From NCBI GenBank assembly GCA_903848645.1, contig CAINGU010000059.1:55038-119037 (forward strand): DNA of 64,000 nt, given 5' to 3'. The DNA is from an uncultured cyanobacterium. GTDB taxonomy: Bacteria; Cyanobacteriota; Cyanobacteriia; Cyanobacteriales; Nostocaceae. Below, one piece after another: positions 58,777-64,000 of this stretch. The position numbers and the translations under genes were made by a program. The notes below the pieces were generated by a model that was given only the letters and a program-made list of their open reading frames with translations, was not told the DNA's origin and did no database searches. Every line of letters begins with the position of its first letter. The first letter of the stretch is position 1.

Positions 58777-61700
58777 ATGCGGTTTTTTACTAATTTATTA
58801 CAGTTACCAAGAGTAGCTCTCAAACCAAAACAAATTTTACTACTTGTATTGTTAATAATTGCTGGCTATCTTGGTAACTACTTTAAGGTAACACTGTTTT
58901 TTGGAGTTGATTTTTTATTTGGTAGTATAGCCGTTTTGATGATAGTAGCTATTTATGGTGCTGTTTGGGGAACAATAGCTTCTCTAATCGTTAGTAGTCA
59001 TACATACATACTATGGGAACATCCTTATGCAATGATTATCTTCACTTGTGAAGCAATGTTTATAGGATTACTATTACGTAAAAAGAGCCAAAATTTACTT
59101 TTATTAGATGGTATTTACTGGCTGATATTAGGTATGCCTTTAGTTGCCATATTTTATGGTGGATTATTACAAGTAAGTCTAATAGCAACATCGTTGATTA
59201 TACTTAAACAATCTGTAAATGGCTTATTCAATGCCATGATTTGCAGTTTAATAATTAATTATTTACCTATAGAAAAATGGTTAAAAGGTAATAGAAATAA
59301 ACATACAATTTCTTGGCAACAATCTCTATTTAATATATTGATTGCTTTTGTGTTTATTCCGGTCATGATAATTAATACAAATAATGCTATCCGTTCTACT
59401 GAAAGTATTGAAACAGCTATTATTAAAGATATAAACTTTTTATCTTTAGCATTTAAAAATGATATTGAAGCTTGGTACGATAACAATATAAATATCTTAA
59501 ATAAAATTGCTAACTCTTTAGGTTTAATAGATAAAAATTCAGCTATTAAAGCCCAAAAAAATTTAGAAAATATCCAAAAATTATTTCCACAATTTAATAA
59601 AATTTACATAGTTAATAACTTAGGACAAATTATAGCGGCATCTTCAAATAAAGTAAAATCATCTATAAATTTTAGTCAAAGACCCGATTTTCAGAAACTT
59701 AAAAGACATGAATCTTCTGTGACTAATGATATATCTAAAGCCACCGAATATGGAAGTAATAAAATCATCAATTCAGGTGTAGCAATTGTTAAAAATAATC
59801 AATTTTTAGGGGCTGTTTTTGGGGAAATAAAGCTAGAAGAATTAAATAATTTAGTTAAAAAACCAGAAATAAATCAAGATTTTGATATGACTATTATAGA
59901 TGAAGAAAATCGTATTATTGCAACTAGCTTAGAAAATGAAAAACCACTAGAAATCTTTACACTTTATGAAAATAAAATAATCCGCAATTTAAATAATGAT
60001 GTTGTTCATTTATTACCAAATTCACCCAAGGTAGCAGCTATAGTAAAATGGGAAAAATCTTTTTATGCACAAACTAGTTATTTAAATAATATTGTTAGCA
60101 TCAAACTAGTTATCCAAATACCAACAAAACCTCAAATAGATTATATTCGGGCAATCTATATCAAAAATCTAGCAATTATGTTATTGACTGCCATCATGGC
60201 TTTAATAGCTGCTATGTTTCTTAGTAATAAATTAGTACAACCTCTGTTGAGACTGAATCAAGTTACTACCGATTTACCCCAAAAGATTCTTGCAGAAGAA
60301 GAGATTATTTTTGATAATAGTATAATTACCGAAATAGACTATCTAACTCGCAATTTTAAATCAATGATATTGGCACTGAATCAAATGTTTCAAGAAATTA
60401 AAAGTGCCACAAATACTCTAGAAGAACGGGTAGAAAAACGTACTCAAGAATTATCAATTACCAATCAAGAACTAGAATCAGAAATTATCAGAAGACGAGA
60501 AGTAGAAACAAGATTAAGAGACAGGGAAGAACGCTATGAATTAGCAATTTCTGGAACTAATGATGGGATTTGGGACTGGAATATAACAACTAATAAAATT
60601 TATTATTCACCCACTTGGATGAGAATTATTGGTTATGAGCATAAACCATTACCTCAGATCTTTTCAACATGGTCAGATAATGTGCATCCAGATGAACTAG
60701 AAATAGCATTCTTGGAAATTAATAATCATTTAGAAGGAAAAACAGATATTTACCAAAATAATCATCGCATCAAACATTCTAATGGCAATTATATTTGGAT
60801 AGCAGCCAAAGGAAAATGTATTCGTAATGAACAGGGTAAACCATATCGTCTGGTAGGCATAATTACAGATATTACAGACAAGAAAATAGCCGAAGAACAA
60901 CTTAAGTCTACTAAAGAACAAGCGGAAGTTGCCAACCAAACTAAAAGCCAATTTCTAGCAACTATGAGTCATGAAATCCGTACTCCCATGAATGCAGTAA
61001 TCGGAATGACAGGACTATTACTTGATACTCAATTGACATCACAACAACGAGAATTTGTAGAAATAATTCGTAATAGTGGTGATGCCATGTTAACATTGAT
61101 TAATGATATTTTAGACTTCTCTAAAATTGAGTCTGGTAAGTTAGAGATAGAAGAACAAACTTTTAATTTAAGAAGTTGTATTGAAGAATCTTTGGATTTG
61201 GTTGCTCCTAAAGCTAGTGAAAAAAACTTAGAACTTGTTTATATAATGGATGCAGAAACCTATGAATTAATTAGTGGTGATATTGCTAGACTTCGGCAAA
61301 TTTTAGTTAATTTATTGAGTAATGCGATTAAATTTACTAAATCCGGTGAAGTGACACTTTCAGTAACTAGCTCATTAAAAACTCAATCAGAGTCGACACT
61401 GCACGAAATTATATTTACTGTTAAAGATACCGGCATAGGCATTCCCGAAGATAGAATGGATAGACTATTTAAGCCATTTAGTCAAGTTGACGCTTCCACT
61501 ACTCGTCAATATGGTGGCACAGGCTTAGGTTTGGTGATTAGTCAAAGACTAGTGGAAATGATGGGTGGCAAAATTAACGTTGAAAGTAAAATTGGTGAAG
61601 GATCTAGTTTTTCCTTTAGTATCTTTACACCATTTGTGAGTAAATATGCACTGAGCCATGATAAAAATCAGCAACAATTATTAGCTAATAAACGCTTATT

Positions 61701-62883
61701 AATAGTTGATGATAATGTCACAAATCGTCAATCTTTAATGTTACAAACTCAATCCTTTGGCATGATACCTATTGTTGCTCCATCAGGAAGAGAAGCCCTG
61801 GCATATTTGCAGTACCAAAAATTTGATTTGGCTATTTTAGATATGGAAATGCCAGAAATGGATGGTTTAACTCTGGCTCAGGAAATTCGTAAACTGCCGA
61901 ATTGTCATCTGTTACCTTTAATTATGCTAACCTCAATTGGGACTGGGCTGATAGATAATCATCCCGAAATAGGAAATATTAACTTTGCTGCTTATCTCAA
62001 TAAACCTATTAAAAAATCCTATCTTGTTAACATCTTAATTAGAATTTTGAGTAATGATATTATGCCTACGAACAATAATTTATCTCTGACATCATCACAA
62101 TTTAATTCTCACCTAGCAGAGCAGTTACCATTAAAAATTCTTTTGGCAGAAGATAATGTAGTTAATCAGAAAGTAGCTGTGAATATTTTACAACGTCTGG
62201 GCTATCGTCCTGATGTAGCAGCTAATGGTTTAGAAGTATTAATAGCTTTGCGAAGACAACATTATGATGTTGTTCTCATGGATATCCAAATGCCAGAAAT
62301 GGATGGATTAACTGCGACGCAAAAAATCTGTGAAGAATGGCCATTATCTACCCGTCCTTGGATTATTGCCATGACTGCTAATGCAATGCAAGGAGATCGA
62401 GAAAAATGTTTAGCAATCGGAATGAATGACTACACAACAAAACCGATTCGATTGGAAGATTTAACACGGGCTTTAAGTAGTTGTCAGAGATATGATTCAA
62501 TTACTAATCAAATGCCTGAATCTTTAACTAAAAATGTGCATAATCTTTTAGATACAGAAACTTTAAAAGAATTAAAAGAAACTATTTGCGATAATGTAAT
62601 TACAGAATTTGTCATATTAATTGATTCTTATTTGGAAGATTCACCCCAACGATTGCAAGCTTTGAGTCAGGCAATTGCTGAAAATAATGCCAAAAACCTC
62701 CGACTAGAAGCGCATACACTTAAATCTAGTAGTGCTATTTTTGGAGCAAAAGAGTTCTCTAAACTTTGCAAAAAATTAGAAGATTTAGGACGTGATGGTA
62801 ATACAGCAGATGCAGCTTTATTATTACCGCAATTAATCAAAGAATACCAGGAAGTAGAGGCAGCTTTACAATTAGAACGTTAG
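58777..62883 (+). CDS. Hybrid sensor histidine kinase (multi-TM, Cache, HAMP, PAS, HisKA, HATPase, 2xREC, Hpt)
   Basis: H-box MSHEIRTPMN, G-boxes DTGIG and GGTGLGL, REC Asp in LDMEMP and MDIQMP, Hpt AHTLKSSS. Confidence 0.95.
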   Translation: MRFFTNLLQLPRVALKPKQILLLVLLIIAGYLGNYFKVTLFFGVDFLFGSIAVLMIVAIYGAVWGTIASLIVSSHTYILWEHPYAMIIFTCEAMFIGLLLRKKSQNLLLLDGIYWLILGMPLVAIFYGGLLQVSLIATSLIILKQSVNGLFNAMICSLIINYLPIEKWLKGNRNKHTISWQQSLFNILIAFVFIPVMIINTNNAIRSTESIETAIIKDINFLSLAFKNDIEAWYDNNINILNKIANSLGLIDKNSAIKAQKNLENIQKLFPQFNKIYIVNNLGQIIAASSNKVKSSINFSQRPDFQKLKRHESSVTNDISKATEYGSNKIINSGVAIVKNNQFLGAVFGEIKLEELNNLVKKPEINQDFDMTIIDEENRIIATSLENEKPLEIFTLYENKIIRNLNNDVVHLLPNSPKVAAIVKWEKSFYAQTSYLNNIVSIKLVIQIPTKPQIDYIRAIYIKNLAIMLLTAIMALIAAMFLSNKLVQPLLRLNQVTTDLPQKILAEEEIIFDNSIITEIDYLTRNFKSMILALNQMFQEIKSATNTLEERVEKRTQELSITNQELESEIIRRREVETRLRDREERYELAISGTNDGIWDWNITTNKIYYSPTWMRIIGYEHKPLPQIFSTWSDNVHPDELEIAFLEINNHLEGKTDIYQNNHRIKHSNGNYIWIAAKGKCIRNEQGKPYRLVGIITDITDKKIAEEQLKSTKEQAEVANQTKSQFLATMSHEIRTPMNAVIGMTGLLLDTQLTSQQREFVEIIRNSGDAMLTLINDILDFSKIESGKLEIEEQTFNLRSCIEESLDLVAPKASEKNLELVYIMDAETYELISGDIARLRQILVNLLSNAIKFTKSGEVTLSVTSSLKTQSESTLHEIIFTVKDTGIGIPEDRMDRLFKPFSQVDASTTRQYGGTGLGLVISQRLVEMMGGKINVESKIGEGSSFSFSIFTPFVSKYALSHDKNQQQLLANKRLLIVDDNVTNRQSLMLQTQSFGMIPIVAPSGREALAYLQYQKFDLAILDMEMPEMDGLTLAQEIRKLPNCHLLPLIMLTSIGTGLIDNHPEIGNINFAAYLNKPIKKSYLVNILIRILSNDIMPTNNNLSLTSSQFNSHLAEQLPLKILLAEDNVVNQKVAVNILQRLGYRPDVAANGLEVLIALRRQHYDVVLMDIQMPEMDGLTATQKICEEWPLSTRPWIIAMTANAMQGDREKCLAIGMNDYTTKPIRLEDLTRALSSCQRYDSITNQMPESLTKNVHNLLDTETLKELKETICDNVITEFVILIDSYLEDSPQRLQALSQAIAENNAKNLRLEAHTLKSSSAIFGAKEFSKLCKKLEDLGRDGNTADAALLLPQLIKEYQEVEAALQLER

Positions 62884-62955
62884 GCAAATACTTTATAGAA
62901 GGAGTTAGGAGAAAGAAAGAAAGAAAGAAGAAAAAAGAAGATAACTACCAATTAA

Positions 62956-63011
62956 GTAGGTGGGCATTGCCCACCCTAGGTGTATTTCAAAAATCAAATA
63001 TTAGTCCTATA
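62956..63011. repeat. Partial inverted copy of the TATAGGACT/REP composite repeat
   Basis: Reverse complement matches 23368-23420. Confidence 0.78.
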
Positions 63012-63258
63012 TGTATAAATGTAATTACAAAAAATCCCGTATCCCGTAGATGCAAGTCTGAAATTTGATGGTAAATCTACGTAAAAGTTACATAAATAAT
63101 TAAGTTTGAAAAGAAACTTACTTTCAGTAAGGCACATAAATTTCAGCGATGAGAACTAGATTTTGTCAACAAATCTTAATATATTTTCCCGATCAAAGTA
63201 GGATTGGTATATTTAGTGTAAAAATATTCCTACTGAAATAAGCTGCAAAACAAAAATT

Positions 63259-64000
63259 ATGACTATGTATCCTAACCTCAACCGGGCATTTGCTCATCCT
63301 GTGCTAAAGGTAATTAGCGGTTTGAATAACTTCAATGCTGCTAGTGTAGCTGCAACTGTAAAAGCTGCTGATTTGGGTGGTGCTACCTTTGTGGATATTG
63401 CTGCTGATCAGAATTTGGTGAAATTGGCGAAAAGCTTGACCAAATTACCTATTTGTGTATCTGCGGTTGAACCTGAGAAGTTTGTAACTGCTGTGGCTGC
63501 TGGTGCTGATTTAATTGAAATTGGTAATTTCGATTCTTTTTACGCCCAAGGACGCAGATTTGAAGCTGCGGAAGTTTTGGAACTAACTCGCCAAACCCGT
63601 GCCTTGTTGCCAGAAATTACCCTATCTGTGACTGTTCCCCATATCCTCACCTTAGACCAACAGGTACAACTGGCTGAGGATTTGGTGAAAGCTGGTGCAG
63701 ATATTATTCAAACCGAAGGTGGTACTAGCAGCAATCCTATTCACCCCGGTACTTTGGGATTAATTGAAAAGGCTGCTCCCACTTTAGCCGCAGCTTATGA
63801 AATTGCCCGTGCAGTTTCCGTGCCTGTACTGTGTGCTTCCGGTATTTCTAATGTTACTGCACCAATGGCGATCGCTGCTGGTGCGGCTGGTGTTGGTGTC
63901 GGTTCAGCTATCAACCAACTCAATAGCGAAATCGCCATGATTGCCGCTGTGCGGAGTTTAGTAGAAGCTTTGGCTACTGCAAATACTCGGACATTTGCGT
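63259..64000 (+). CDS. DUF561/Ycf23-family protein (TIM barrel); runs to the window end
   Basis: Not in the ORF track (no stop within the window). VLKVISGLNNF, GADLIEIGNFDSFY, IIQTEGG and VLCASG motifs. Confidence 0.9.
   Translation, partial: MTMYPNLNRAFAHPVLKVISGLNNFNAASVAATVKAADLGGATFVDIAADQNLVKLAKSLTKLPICVSAVEPEKFVTAVAAGADLIEIGNFDSFYAQGRRFEAAEVLELTRQTRALLPEITLSVTVPHILTLDQQVQLAEDLVKAGADIIQTEGGTSSNPIHPGTLGLIEKAAPTLAAAYEIARAVSVPVLCASGISNVTAPMAIAAGAAGVGVGSAINQLNSEIAMIAAVRSLVEALATANTRTFA

Overview
64 kb of chromosome from a low-GC, heterocyst-type cyanobacterium (Nostocales; about 20 HIP1 GCGATCGC octamers, STRR heptamer arrays and many small dispersed repeats). I see no rRNA, tRNA, CRISPR array or intact transposase. 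Most genes are conserved housekeeping or signalling genes: amt1, a Gld-like ABC operon, purU, priA, sigE-GNAT-petJ, tonB plus a TonB-dependent receptor, an ars operon, ndhP, sufE, psaK, ccdA-ccsB, hisG and two-component genes. The most interesting part is a roughly 9 kb cluster (3.7-12.3 kb). It holds two TauE/SafE permeases, a DUF1634 protein with a His-rich extension, three CadD-family paralogs, an APC permease, a secreted protein with no Met in its mature part, and an Rrf2 regulator that lacks the Fe-S Cys triad and ends in a CymR-like tail (-PMYYI). A 16-bp motif, TACWGTAnnTYGAYAG, occurs at the Rrf2 start, upstream of the second tauE and upstream of a sulfate-binding gene at 25.5 kb. This suggests one sulfur/cysteine-sensing regulon that includes the so-called cadmium transporters (inference, untested). 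Other points: a pabC-like gene that appears to carry a pabB tail is inserted into the Gld-like operon; a REP element sits in frame inside priA; the ars operon has an aquaporin and an ArsR box but no arsR; a kinase remnant is present; and several MITE/structured repeat families recur. Start positions were refined by eye where the ORF track ran too far upstream. All family assignments come from recognised motifs; no database searches were run.
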